Under the pieces are notes generated by a model that saw only the letters and a program-made list of their open reading frames with translations, ran no database searches and was not told the origin of the DNA. Below, piece after piece: positions 34,487 to 44,356 of a stretch of DNA of 64,000 nucleotides. This stretch comes from an uncultured Solirubrobacteraceae bacterium (GTDB taxonomy: Bacteria; Actinomycetota; Thermoleophilia; Solirubrobacterales; Solirubrobacteraceae): contig CAWEXM010000006.1 of NCBI GenBank assembly GCA_963813055.1, positions 364,433 to 428,432 of the forward strand, given 5' to 3'. Position 1 is the stretch's first letter; each line of letters opens with the position of its first letter. Position numbers and translations under genes: made by a program.

Positions 34487-35332
34487 ATGTCGCAGATCTC
34501 CCGACCTTTCCAGATCGCGCTCCTCGCGGTCGCCGTGCTTGCCGCGGCGTGGCTGTTCGTGTTCCAGCCGCACCAGAGCGCCACCGACAGCTCCAGCTCC
34601 TCCTCCGCGGTCGTCTCCAGCCCCGCGCCCCAGGCGAAAGCCACCGGCTCCTCCGGCCCGTCGGTTCCTGGTGTGCAGGGCCTCTCGCGCGCCATCGCCA
34701 AAGCCCACGGCGCGGTCGCCACCTCCGAGCAGAACGCCGCGCGCCTGCAGCAGAAGGAAGCGCAGGCCGTCGGCGGCGCCGCATCCTCTTCCGCCGCCCC
34801 CGCCGCCGCAGCGACCCACACCGGCGCGAGCGCAACGAAGTCCACCGCGAGCGCGCACGCGAAGACGAAGCCCGCCAGCAGGACGCCCGCCAAGCCCGCT
34901 CCCGCTTCCAAGCCGCACACCCACTCCACGAAGGGCATCCCCGCGGGCCAGCGCTCCGTCGAAAGGGAGCTCGCCCACGGCAACGTCGTGGTGGTCTTGT
35001 TCTGGAACCACGACGGCGCGGACGACCAGGTGGTGCGCCAGGAACTGCGCCTGCTGCAGTCCGTCCACCACCGCATCCAGCCGTACGCCAACCGTCCCGC
35101 CGTCAAACGGCTGCTCAAGGTGTTCGGGCTGGAGCTGGACAAGAAGATCGCCGTCAACCTCGCCTCCGCGAACCAGACTGCCACGTTCGGCACCATCACC
35201 CGCGGCATCCAGGTGTACGGAACGCCCACCATGCTCGTGATCGACAAGCACGGCAAGGCGATCGTGCTGAATGGCCTGCAGGACGCCTTCTCCATCGAGC
35301 AGGCGATCGACGAAGCACGCCACGCCGCCTGA
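34487..35332 (+). CDS. membrane-anchored protein with an Ala/Ser/Thr linker and a Cys-less thioredoxin-like domain
   Basis: N-terminal TM; VVVLFWN and VYGTPTMLVIDKHGK (cis-Pro loop-like); no CxxC. Confidence 0.65.
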   Translation: MSQISRPFQIALLAVAVLAAAWLFVFQPHQSATDSSSSSSAVVSSPAPQAKATGSSGPSVPGVQGLSRAIAKAHGAVATSEQNAARLQQKEAQAVGGAASSSAAPAAAATHTGASATKSTASAHAKTKPASRTPAKPAPASKPHTHSTKGIPAGQRSVERELAHGNVVVVLFWNHDGADDQVVRQELRLLQSVHHRIQPYANRPAVKRLLKVFGLELDKKIAVNLASANQTATFGTITRGIQVYGTPTMLVIDKHGKAIVLNGLQDAFSIEQAIDEARHAA

Positions 35333-35362
35333 GCTGCGGCCGCGCGCCCTAGACTCGCACTC

Positions 35363-36865
35363 GTGAGCACGAGCGCGCAAGAGCAGCTCAGCAACCACGT
35401 GGAACGCCCGCTCGGGCGCGGCCACACGCCCGAGGACGCGCTCACCGGCGCGGCCGGCGGCGCCGCGTGCGGCGACTTGATCCGCATCTCCCTCGCGCTC
35501 GACCCGCACAGCCCCACGGGCGAGATCGCGGACGCGGGCTTCGACGCGAGCGGCTGCGGCGCGAGCATCGCGGCGGGCAGCGCCGCGGTCAGCCTGCTGC
35601 GCGGCGCGGCGCTGCTCGACGCCGCGAAGATCGGGCCAAAGCAGATCGCCGCGGAGCTGGGGGGGCTGAGCACGGCGAAGCAGCACGCCGCGGAGCTCGC
35701 GGCGGATGCGCTGCACCGGGCGCTCGGCGCGGCCGCGCGCGAGCGCGCACAACTCGCCCCCTGCGCCAGTCGCACGCTCGTGGCGATGAGCGGCGGCGTC
35801 GACAGCGCCGTCGCGGCGCTGCTCGTCAGCGACGGACAGGGCCATGGCGGCAGCCACGATGGCCGCGCCGACGACTCCACGATGGAGGCCGTGGGGGTGA
35901 CGCTGGAGCTGTGGTCGGACCCGGAGAACGACGGCGACCTCAGCTGCTGCTCGGCGCAGGCGGTGCGCGGTGCGCGGCGCCTGGCGCACGAGCTGGGGAT
36001 GGCGCACCTGTCGATCGACCTGCGCGCGGAGTTCCGCGCGGGCGTGGTGGACGGCTGGCTCGAGGATCACGCGGCGGGCCTCACGCCCAACCCGTGCATC
36101 CGCTGCAACGGCAACGTGCGCCTCGACGCGATGCTCGAACTGGCCGACCGGCTCGGATCGGAGACACTCGCAACGGGCCACTACGCGCGCGTGGCCGAGG
36201 ATGCGCCCATCCCGGTGCTGCGCACGGCGGTGGACGTGGCGAAGGACCAGAGCTACGTGCTCTCGGCGCTCGCGCCGCGCTCGCTCTCGCGTCTGCGCTT
36301 CCCGCTGGGCGAGATGCGCAAGGAGGACGTGCGCGACATCGCCGAGCGCGCGGGCCTGGCGGTGGCGCGCAAGCGCGACTCCCAAGACCTGTGCTTCCTG
36401 GCGGGCACGCGCCAGAGCGCGTTCCTGGAGCGCCACGGCGGCCTCGGCCACAGGCCCGGCCCGATCGTGGACCAGCGGGGCGCGGCGCTGGGCGAGCACG
36501 CGGGTGCGCACACCTACACGGTGGGCCAGCGCCACGGTCTGGGCATCTCCGCGCCGGAGCCGCTGTACGTGCTGGCGACGGACACGGCGACGAACACCGT
36601 CACGGTGGGCCCGCGCGCGGAGCTGCTCGCGAGCGAGGTGCGCGTGCGCGAGGTGACGCTGCACCGCGACGGGCGCGACGTGGACGGCGTGCGCGTGCGC
36701 GCGCACGGGCGCAAGTTCGCGTGCCGCCTCGCAGACGACCTCGTCGCGGGCCGCCACCAGCAGGCGGCGGTGGAGTTGCACGAGCCCGCGGAGCGCACCG
36801 CCCCGGGCCAGCTCGCGTGCCTGTACGCGGGCGATCTGCTGGTCGGTCACGCGACAGTGGCGTGA
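35363..36865 (+). CDS. mnmA: tRNA 2-thiouridylase MnmA fused to an N-terminal IscU/NifU-N-like domain
   Basis: AACGD and GCGAS in the first ~130 aa, then MSGGVDS, PNPCIRCN, ATGHYA, KDQSY, DSQDLCF, YTVGQR, PGQ. Confidence 0.92.
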   Translation: MSTSAQEQLSNHVERPLGRGHTPEDALTGAAGGAACGDLIRISLALDPHSPTGEIADAGFDASGCGASIAAGSAAVSLLRGAALLDAAKIGPKQIAAELGGLSTAKQHAAELAADALHRALGAAARERAQLAPCASRTLVAMSGGVDSAVAALLVSDGQGHGGSHDGRADDSTMEAVGVTLELWSDPENDGDLSCCSAQAVRGARRLAHELGMAHLSIDLRAEFRAGVVDGWLEDHAAGLTPNPCIRCNGNVRLDAMLELADRLGSETLATGHYARVAEDAPIPVLRTAVDVAKDQSYVLSALAPRSLSRLRFPLGEMRKEDVRDIAERAGLAVARKRDSQDLCFLAGTRQSAFLERHGGLGHRPGPIVDQRGAALGEHAGAHTYTVGQRHGLGISAPEPLYVLATDTATNTVTVGPRAELLASEVRVREVTLHRDGRDVDGVRVRAHGRKFACRLADDLVAGRHQQAAVELHEPAERTAPGQLACLYAGDLLVGHATVA

Positions 36866-36945
36866 CGGAGCCGATGGCCTTCGCCGGGCCGCATCCCGCG
36901 CCAGCCTGGCGCTTCCGGGCTGCGGCGCCCTAAGATCGTCGCTCC

Positions 36946-39735
36946 ATGACCTCTGAGGAGATCCGCGAGCGCTACCTGAGCTTCTTCGAGGAGCGCGGCC
37001 ACCGGCGCATCGCGTCGGCGTCGCTGGTGCCGCACGCGCACGACCCCTCGGCGCTGCTGACGGTCGCGGGGATGCATCCGCTGAAGCCGTACTTCCTCGG
37101 CCAGGAGGCTCCGCCGGCGCCGCGGCTGACGAGCTGTCAGAAGGTGTTTCGCACGGTGGACATCGACAACGTGGGCAACACGGCGCGGCACCTGACGTTC
37201 TTCGAGATGCTGGGCAACTTCTCGTTCGGCGACTACTTCAAGCGCGAGGCGATCGCGTTCGCGTGGGAGCTCTCGCGCGAGGTGTTCGGCTTCTCCGAGC
37301 GGGACATCTGGGTGACGGTGTTCGAAGGCGACGATGGCCTGGGCCTGGGCCCGGACGAGGAGGCGATCGAGAACTGGCTGGAGCTGGGTGTCTCGAGCGA
37401 GCGGATCGTGCGCTGCCCGCGCTCTGAGAACTTCTGGCAGGCGGGGCCGAACGGGCCGTGCGGCCCGTGCTCGGAGCTGTACGTCGACCGTGGCGTGGAG
37501 CACGGCAAGCCGGGGGATCTGCCGGGCGGGGAGAACGAGCGCTTCCTGGAGTACTGGAACCTGGTGTTCATGCAGTACGACCAGCGCCAGAACGCGGACG
37601 GCAACGGCTCGACGCTCAATCCGCTGCCGGCTAACAACATCGACACGGGCCTGGGGCTGAACCGCATGGCGGCGATCCTGCAGGACAAGCAGTCGGTGTT
37701 CGAGACGGACCAGTTCCAGCCGTTGATCGAGCTGGGCGAAGAGCTGTCGGGCCGTCGCTATGGCGAGGAGCACGCGAGCGACCGCGCGCTTCGGATACTC
37801 GCGGACCACTCGCGCGCGATGACGTTCCTGACGGCCGATGGGGTGGTGCCTTCGAACGAGGATCGCGGCTATGTGCTGCGCCGGGTGATGCGGCGCGCCG
37901 TGCAGCAGGGCCGCGTGCTGGGGCTCGATCCGGGCTTCCTGACGCGCTACTCCGAGCGCGTGCGCGAGATCATGGGCGGCTCCTACCCGGAGCTTGGCGA
38001 GCACGCGGAGGCGATCGACATGTGGCTGGCGGCGGAGGAGGAGGGCTTCGGCCGGACCCTCGCGCAGGGGCTGACCACGTTGAACGAATATATGGAGAGG
38101 GCTCGCGTGGCCGGGAGTGCGACCGTGCCAGCCGCGGATGTGTTTCGCCTGCACGACACGTTCGGCTTTCCTTATGAGATGACGAGCGAACTGCTCGCGG
38201 AGCAGGGCATGTCGATCGAGGGCGAGTTTGAGGAGCTGATGGAGCGCCAGCGCGAGCGCGGCCGCGCGGGCGCGCGGACGGGCGGGGCCGGCGGCTCGGA
38301 CGTGCAGCAGGCGCGCGCGGCGGCGAGCTCGTTCGCGGGCGGCAGCGGCTTCGAGACGCGCTTCACGGGCTATGAGACCGAGGAGCAGCAGACCACGGTG
38401 GGCGCGCTGAGCGCGCTCGCCAGCGGCGAGGAGTCGAGTCGCGCGAGCTCCAGCGGCGACGGCTCGAACGGCTCTGGGCCGAACGGCGGCGGACGATCGG
38501 GCGGCGGTAGCACGCCGGGCGCGCGCTACCTGGTGAAGCTCGCGGAGTCGCCTTTCTACGCGGCGGGCGGCGGTCAGGTGGCGGACGTGGGGACGCTGGA
38601 ATGCGCGCACGGCGACTGCCTCGCGCGGGTGGAGGACGTGTTCCGCCTCGGCGACGATCAGGCGCTGGCGGTGGTGGTGGAGCAGGGCACGCTGAGCGAG
38701 GGCGAGCAGGTGCTCGCGCGCGTGGACCGCCGCGCGCGTCACGCCACGGAGTGCAACCACACCGCGACGCACCTGCTGCAGGCGGCGCTGCGCGAGATCG
38801 TGGGCAGCCACGTGCGCCAGGCGGGCTCCTACGTGGGCCCGGACAAGCTGCGCTTCGACTTCAGCCACGGGCAGGGCCTGAGCGCGCAGGAGCTGCGCGA
38901 CGTGGAGGACCGCGTGAACGGGTGGATCGCGCTGAACGACCCCGTGCGCGCGATCACCACGACGCTCGACGAGGCCCGCAGCCTCGGCGCGATGGCGTTG
39001 TTCGGAGAGAAGTACGGCGATGTGGTGCGGATGGTGCAGATCGGCGAGGGCGAGTACTCGCGCGAGCTGTGCGGCGGCACGCACGTCCACCGCACGGGCG
39101 AGATCGGGCCGTTTCGGATCGTGCACGAGACCTCCAGCGCGGCGAACGTGCGCCGGATCGAGGCGCTGACGGGCCCCGCTGCGGTTGAGCTGCTGCGCGA
39201 GCACGACCGCCTGCTGGGCGAGATCGCCGCGGAGCTGCGCACCCGACCGCAGGACGCACCGCAGACGGTGGCGGCGCTCGCTATGGAGCGCAAGCGGCTG
39301 GAAAAGGCGATCAAGCAGGGAGGGGGCGCGGGCGCCGGCGGCGCTGGCGTGGCCGGCGGCGGGGTGGACATCGACGCGCTCGCCGCGCAGGCGGAGGATG
39401 TCGAGGGGGCGAAGGTGCTCACGGCGAGCGTGGACGTGCCCGACGCGAAGGCGCTGCTCGACGTGGTGGACCGCGTGAAGGGCCGCCTGGGCGAGGCGGC
39501 GATCCTGCTCGGCAGCGCCGCCGACGGGCGCGTGCACCTGGTGGCGAGCGTCGCGCCCGAGCTTGTGCAGCGCGGCGTGAAGGCGGGCGCGATCGTGAAG
39601 GTCGCGGCGGAGGCCGTGGGCGGCGGGGGAGGCGGCCGCGACACGATGGCGCAGGCGGGCGGGCGCGAGCCGGAGAAGCTGGGCGAGGCGATCGAGGCGG
39701 CGAGGGCGGCGATCCGCACGGCGCTTGCAAGCTGA
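36946..39735 (+). CDS. alaS: alanine--tRNA ligase
   Basis: HLTFFEMLGNFSFGDYFK, GPCGPCSE, IDTGLGL, NHTATHLL, ELCGGTH, GGGGG. Confidence 0.98.
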   Translation: MTSEEIRERYLSFFEERGHRRIASASLVPHAHDPSALLTVAGMHPLKPYFLGQEAPPAPRLTSCQKVFRTVDIDNVGNTARHLTFFEMLGNFSFGDYFKREAIAFAWELSREVFGFSERDIWVTVFEGDDGLGLGPDEEAIENWLELGVSSERIVRCPRSENFWQAGPNGPCGPCSELYVDRGVEHGKPGDLPGGENERFLEYWNLVFMQYDQRQNADGNGSTLNPLPANNIDTGLGLNRMAAILQDKQSVFETDQFQPLIELGEELSGRRYGEEHASDRALRILADHSRAMTFLTADGVVPSNEDRGYVLRRVMRRAVQQGRVLGLDPGFLTRYSERVREIMGGSYPELGEHAEAIDMWLAAEEEGFGRTLAQGLTTLNEYMERARVAGSATVPAADVFRLHDTFGFPYEMTSELLAEQGMSIEGEFEELMERQRERGRAGARTGGAGGSDVQQARAAASSFAGGSGFETRFTGYETEEQQTTVGALSALASGEESSRASSSGDGSNGSGPNGGGRSGGGSTPGARYLVKLAESPFYAAGGGQVADVGTLECAHGDCLARVEDVFRLGDDQALAVVVEQGTLSEGEQVLARVDRRARHATECNHTATHLLQAALREIVGSHVRQAGSYVGPDKLRFDFSHGQGLSAQELRDVEDRVNGWIALNDPVRAITTTLDEARSLGAMALFGEKYGDVVRMVQIGEGEYSRELCGGTHVHRTGEIGPFRIVHETSSAANVRRIEALTGPAAVELLREHDRLLGEIAAELRTRPQDAPQTVAALAMERKRLEKAIKQGGGAGAGGAGVAGGGVDIDALAAQAEDVEGAKVLTASVDVPDAKALLDVVDRVKGRLGEAAILLGSAADGRVHLVASVAPELVQRGVKAGAIVKVAAEAVGGGGGGRDTMAQAGGREPEKLGEAIEAARAAIRTALAS

Positions 39736-39748
39736 GGGGCACAAGCGC

Positions 39749-40156
39749 ATGCGCGTGCTCGCGCTGGACTTCGGCAGCGCCCGCTGCGGCTGCGCGCTGA
39801 GCGACCCCACAGGCACGATCGTCACGCCGATCGACGCGGTCGAGCGCCCCGCGAGCAGGCGCGGGATCACGCGGCTGCGCGAGCTGGTGCGCGAGCGCGA
39901 GGTGGATCGCGTGGTGGTGGGTCTGCCGCTGTCGCTGAGCGGCGCCGACACCGAGCAGACGCGCGAGACGCGCGCGTTCGCGGAGCGGCTCGCCAGGTAC
40001 CTCGGCGAGGGAGTGCCGGTGGAGATGCACGACGAGCGTTTCACCACGCGCATGGCGCAGCGTGAATCGATATCCCACCCACCATTCACGACGAGCGAGG
40101 ACTCGCGCGCGGCGGCGCACATCCTCGAGAGCTGGCTCGCGTCGCGATCCCGTTAG
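39749..40156 (+). CDS. ruvX: RuvX/YqgF pre-16S rRNA nuclease
   Basis: LALDFG..RCGCALSD, VVGLP, DERFTT, DSRAAAHILE. Confidence 0.95.
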   Translation: MRVLALDFGSARCGCALSDPTGTIVTPIDAVERPASRRGITRLRELVREREVDRVVVGLPLSLSGADTEQTRETRAFAERLARYLGEGVPVEMHDERFTTRMAQRESISHPPFTTSEDSRAAAHILESWLASRSR

Positions 40157-40166
40157 GGTCTGCGCA

Positions 40167-41381
40167 GTGGCCCGCGGCGATCGATCACGACCCACGTCCG
40201 AACGCACCGCAGAGGAACGGGAACGCGCTCGCGAAGAGCGGGCCCGCCGACGCGGAGAGCTCCCCACCGAGGAACCTCCCCCGCCGCCGAGTTTGCCGGA
40301 AAAGCCAGTCGAGGTCGAGCCGCCGGCGGTCGAGGAGCCCGTCGAGGTCGAGCCGATTGTGGAGGAGCCCATCGAGATCGAGCCGCCGGCAGCCGAAGAA
40401 CCTGTCGAGGTCGTCCCGGCTTCGGCGCCGCCACCGCCCTCCATTGCCCTGCCGCCACCCCTGCGCCCCGAGCTGATCGGCTCGCCGATGCTGACGTCGC
40501 GGGACCGGCGCAGGCGGGCGCCGCTGGCGCGCGTGGGGGCGCTGGTGGCGCTGCTGGCGGTGATCGCGGCGGTGGTCGTGCTGCTCGTGCTGCTGCTGCG
40601 CCCGGAAAAAACCAAGACGATCGCGGCGCCGGTGGTGGTGAAGGTGCTGGTCCCGGAGGGAAAGACGCGCGCGCAGATCGCTGAAATAGCGACGAAAGAT
40701 CAGCTGAGCGGCAGCTATACGAAGGCGTCGAGGCGCTCCTCGCTGCTGAACCCGCGCCACTACGGAGCGGCGCACGGCACGGCGAGCCTGGAAGGCTTTC
40801 TGTTCCCGGCAACGTACGACATGACCAAGGGCGCGCCGGTCGAACGGCTCGTGGAGGCGCAGCTGACGGCGTTCCGCGAAAACTTCACCGAGAGCCAGGT
40901 CGCACGCGCCCGCGCTCTGCACGTGACGCCGTACGAGCTTTTGACGGTGGCGTCGATGGTGGAGCGCGAGGCGCAGATCCCGGGCGACCGCGCGAAGATC
41001 GCGGCGGTGATCTACAACCGCCTGCACGCGGGCATCCCGCTGGGGATCGATGCGACGATCTACTACGCGGTCGAGCAGCAGAAGCACATCTCCACGTACA
41101 CGCGCGAACTCACAGAAGCGCAGCTGCGGATCGACTCGCCGTACAACACGCGCACGCGCACGGGCCTGCCGCCGACGCCGATCTCGAATCCCGGCAACGC
41201 GTCGATCCACGCCGCGGCGTATCCCGCGCACGTGAACTACCTCTACTACGTCGCCGCGGCGGACGGCTGCGGCGAGCAGGTGTTCTCCGACGCCCAGGCA
41301 GCGTTCGAAGCGAACGTGGCGTCCTACCACGCGGCGGTGAGCAAAAACGGCGGCAAGCCGCCGGCGTGCAAGAAGAAGTGA
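40167..41381 (+). CDS. mltG: endolytic transglycosylase MltG
   Basis: LEGFLFPATY, ASMVERE, VIYNRL, SPYNT, GLPPTPISNPG; acidic Pro-rich N-terminus then a TM helix. Confidence 0.93.
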   Translation: MARGDRSRPTSERTAEERERAREERARRRGELPTEEPPPPPSLPEKPVEVEPPAVEEPVEVEPIVEEPIEIEPPAAEEPVEVVPASAPPPPSIALPPPLRPELIGSPMLTSRDRRRRAPLARVGALVALLAVIAAVVVLLVLLLRPEKTKTIAAPVVVKVLVPEGKTRAQIAEIATKDQLSGSYTKASRRSSLLNPRHYGAAHGTASLEGFLFPATYDMTKGAPVERLVEAQLTAFRENFTESQVARARALHVTPYELLTVASMVEREAQIPGDRAKIAAVIYNRLHAGIPLGIDATIYYAVEQQKHISTYTRELTEAQLRIDSPYNTRTRTGLPPTPISNPGNASIHAAAYPAHVNYLYYVAAADGCGEQVFSDAQAAFEANVASYHAAVSKNGGKPPACKKK

Positions 41382-42223
41382 TGCGACGCCTGGGCGTCCT
41401 CGGCTGGCCGGTCTCGCACAGCCGCTCGCCCGCGATGCACAACGCGGCGCTCGCGGCGCTCGACATGAGCGACTGGCACTACCAACGCCTGCCGGTGCCG
41501 CCGAGCCTGTTCGAGCAGACCACCAGGGCGCTGGGCACGGCGGGCTTCCACGGCGCGAACGTGACGATTCCGCACAAGCACGCGGCGCTCGAGCTGGCGA
41601 GCGAGGCGAGCGCCGCGGCGCGCGCGATCGGCGCGGCGAACACGCTGACGTTCGCCGCCGACGGGGCTATCCACGCGGAGAACACCGACGCGCCGGGCCT
41701 GATCGCGGCGCTCGGCACGATCCTCGAGCGCCCGTCGAGCGTGCGCGCGCTTGTGCTGGGCGCCGGCGGCAGCGCGCGTGCGGCGGCGTGGGCGCTGCGC
41801 GAGGCGGGCGCGGGCGAGGTGTCGGTGTGGAATCGCACGCGCGAGCGCGCGCAGGCGCTGGCGGACGATCTGGGGGTGCGCGTGGCGGGCGCGGCCGAGC
41901 CGGCGGATCTGCTCGTCAACTGCACCTCGGTGGGGCTGGAGGCGGCGGGCGTAGAACGCTCGGCTACTGAGGCTGAGGCGCTCAACCAACTCGGTTTGAC
42001 GTTCGATCAAGTCGGTGAGTACTCAAATGTTGTCGATCTGGTCTACCGCTCACGCACCCCCACCGAGCTCCTGGCAGCAGCCAGGGCGCACGGTGCGCGC
42101 ACGGTCGACGGTCTCGAAGTGCTCGTCGCTCAGGGAGCGCTCAGCTTCCAGCTGTGGACGGGCGTGGCCCCGCCCCGCGAGGTCATGCTCGACGCCGCCC
42201 GCGAGGAGCACGCGAGCGGGTAG
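41381..42223 (+). CDS. aroE: shikimate dehydrogenase
   Basis: HSRSPAMHN, NVTIPHK, GAANT, NTD, GAGGSA, DLVY, QGA.SF. Confidence 0.95.
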   Translation: MRRLGVLGWPVSHSRSPAMHNAALAALDMSDWHYQRLPVPPSLFEQTTRALGTAGFHGANVTIPHKHAALELASEASAAARAIGAANTLTFAADGAIHAENTDAPGLIAALGTILERPSSVRALVLGAGGSARAAAWALREAGAGEVSVWNRTRERAQALADDLGVRVAGAAEPADLLVNCTSVGLEAAGVERSATEAEALNQLGLTFDQVGEYSNVVDLVYRSRTPTELLAAARAHGARTVDGLEVLVAQGALSFQLWTGVAPPREVMLDAAREEHASG

Positions 42224-42253
42224 CCTCCACGCCGACACGCGGGCGGGTGCGCG

Positions 42254-44266
42254 ATGAGCGAGCTGCACCCGACCGACACCGACCTGAACGCGATCTTCGA
42301 CCTCGACCACGAGAGCGCGGTCGAACCGCTGATCTCGGTCGAACGCGGGGAGCTGGACGGCAGCGACCCGCGCCTGGACGACCTCGACCGCGTGGCGCGC
42401 GGCGGGCCGCGAATCGAGCGCGAGCGCGTCCTGCAGGACGAACCGGCGGTCGAGATCGAGCGCGTTCTCGAGGACGAACCGCCGGCCGACATCCACATGG
42501 CCACCCCGCCGCCCGCCGGTGGAGACGAGCTCGCTCACGAGCAGCCGCAGCCGCCCGCGAGCGGCGGCATGACGGGCGTGAGCAAGCCATCCGCGAAAGG
42601 CTCCTCGCAGCGGTTCCTGACCGACGTGATCGTCGCGATGGGGCTCGCCTCCCAGCGCCAGGTGGACGAAGCGCTGGACGCGTCGCGCACGTCTGGCACC
42701 ACGCCGGAGAGCGTGCTGCTGGCGAACAACCAGATCACCCCCGACGCGCTGTCGCGCGCGCTGGCCGAGCGCTACGGCCTGGACCACCTCGACCTGGGGA
42801 TCTTCACCGTGGACATGTCCGCGGCGAACCTCGTCAGCACCGCGGTGGCGAAGCGCTACCAGGCGGTGCCGGTGGCGTTCGCGGACAAGCGCACGCTGCT
42901 CGTCGCGATGGCCGACCCCTCGAACGTGCTCGCGGTCGACGACATCGCGATCATGACGGGCTACGAGATCCGCGTGGCGGTCGCGCCGCCGGAAGACATC
43001 GCGGCGCTCGTCTCGCGCCTGGATCGCCTCGAAGACGTGGTGGGGGAGTCGGTAGCGCAGGAGGAAGCGGAGGAGGACGAGCTCGTCGCGCTGCACGAGA
43101 CCTCCGAAGACGCGCCCGTCATCAAGCTCGTCAACCAGCTCGTGGCGCAGGCGGTCGAGCAGGGCGCCTCCGACATGCATCTCGCCCCTGATGGGAAGGA
43201 GATGCGGGTGCGCTTCCGCATCGACGGCGTGCTGCAGGAGGTCACGACGGTGCCGCGCAAGATGGCCGCGGGGGTGATCTCGCGCATCAAGATCATGGCG
43301 GAGTTGAACATCGCCGAGAAGCGCCTGCCCCAGGACGGGCGCGTGGGGCTCGTGGTGGACGGTCGCCACGTGGATCTGCGTGTGGTGACGCTGCCCAGCG
43401 TGCACGGCGAGGGAGCGGTGATGCGCGTCCTCGACAAGGCCTCGGTGGTCGTGGAACTCGACAAGCTCGGCATGGCCGCGGCGGAGCGCGAGCGCTTCGA
43501 ACACGCCTGCCAGGAGACCCACGGCGCGGTGCTCGTCACGGGCCCGACCGGCTCGGGAAAGTCGACCACGCTGTACGCGGCGCTGAAGCTGCTGAACACG
43601 CCGGAGAAGAACATCATCACCGTCGAGGACCCGGTCGAGTACGAAATGGCGGGGCTCACGCAGGTGCAGGTCGCGACGAAGCAGGGGCTGACGTTCGCGA
43701 TGGGCCTGCGCGCGATGGTGCGCGCGGACCCGGACATCATCATGGTGGGGGAGATCCGCGACCGCGAGACCGCGCAGATCGCCGTCGAGTCCGCGCTGAC
43801 CGGGCACCTGGTGCTCTCCACGCTCCACACCAACGACGCCGCGTCGGCGATCACGCGGCTGATCGAGATGGGCATCGAGCCGTTCCTCGTCGCATCGGCG
43901 CTCGACTGCGTGGTCGCGCAGCGCCTCGCGCGGATGCTGTGCGCGAACTGCAAGCGGCGCACGATCATCCCCGCGAAGGTCCTGCACGACAGCGGCTACA
44001 AGGCGCGCGTGGACCTGGAGGCGTATGAGCCGGCGGGCTGCAGGCGCTGCGGCGGCAGCGGCTACCGCGGCCGGCTGGGGCTGTACGAGGTGATGAAGAT
44101 GTCGCCCGAGATCCAGACGTTGGCGCTCGAACGCAGCCCCGCGGAGGCGATCCGCGACGTGGCGGTGGAACAGGGCATGACGCGCCTGCGCGACGACGGG
44201 CTGCAGAAGGTGCGCGAGGGCCGCACCTCGATCTCGGAGATCGCGCGGGTGATCGGCAGCGGCTAG
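42254..44266 (+). CDS. pilB: type IV pilus assembly ATPase PilB (GspE family)
   Basis: RLPQDGR, GPTGSGKSTTLY, TVEDPVE, DPDIIMVGEIRD, STLHTN, two CxxC. Confidence 0.95.
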   Translation: MSELHPTDTDLNAIFDLDHESAVEPLISVERGELDGSDPRLDDLDRVARGGPRIERERVLQDEPAVEIERVLEDEPPADIHMATPPPAGGDELAHEQPQPPASGGMTGVSKPSAKGSSQRFLTDVIVAMGLASQRQVDEALDASRTSGTTPESVLLANNQITPDALSRALAERYGLDHLDLGIFTVDMSAANLVSTAVAKRYQAVPVAFADKRTLLVAMADPSNVLAVDDIAIMTGYEIRVAVAPPEDIAALVSRLDRLEDVVGESVAQEEAEEDELVALHETSEDAPVIKLVNQLVAQAVEQGASDMHLAPDGKEMRVRFRIDGVLQEVTTVPRKMAAGVISRIKIMAELNIAEKRLPQDGRVGLVVDGRHVDLRVVTLPSVHGEGAVMRVLDKASVVVELDKLGMAAAERERFEHACQETHGAVLVTGPTGSGKSTTLYAALKLLNTPEKNIITVEDPVEYEMAGLTQVQVATKQGLTFAMGLRAMVRADPDIIMVGEIRDRETAQIAVESALTGHLVLSTLHTNDAASAITRLIEMGIEPFLVASALDCVVAQRLARMLCANCKRRTIIPAKVLHDSGYKARVDLEAYEPAGCRRCGGSGYRGRLGLYEVMKMSPEIQTLALERSPAEAIRDVAVEQGMTRLRDDGLQKVREGRTSISEIARVIGSG

Positions 44267-44322
44267 CCCCGCGGCCGGCTCGCACTTTCGTCCAACGTTT
44301 GCATCGCCCGCAACGCATGCGC

Positions 44323-44350
44323 TAATGGCCTCCCCCGGATCTGTCGATGG
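44323..44350 (+). promoter_or_regulatory. sigma-28/WhiG-type promoter for pilT-pilC
   Basis: TAATG-N15-GTCGATGG; ATG at 44357. Confidence 0.55.
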
Positions 44351-44356
44351 GCGGGC

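Noticed and set aside
32711-40122. Very long antisense ORFs (1379 aa and 1091 aa) and similar shadows elsewhere (e.g. 42050-44914, 2207-3931)
   Set aside because: They mirror hisS, mnmA, alaS, pilB and others on the opposite strand; Arg/Ala-rich translations without motifs are expected in high-GC DNA with few stop codons
42211-42238. GCCGACAC upstream of pilB as another sigma-28 promoter
   Set aside because: The -10 fits but there is no TAAAG/TCAAG-like -35 at the spacing seen at the other sites
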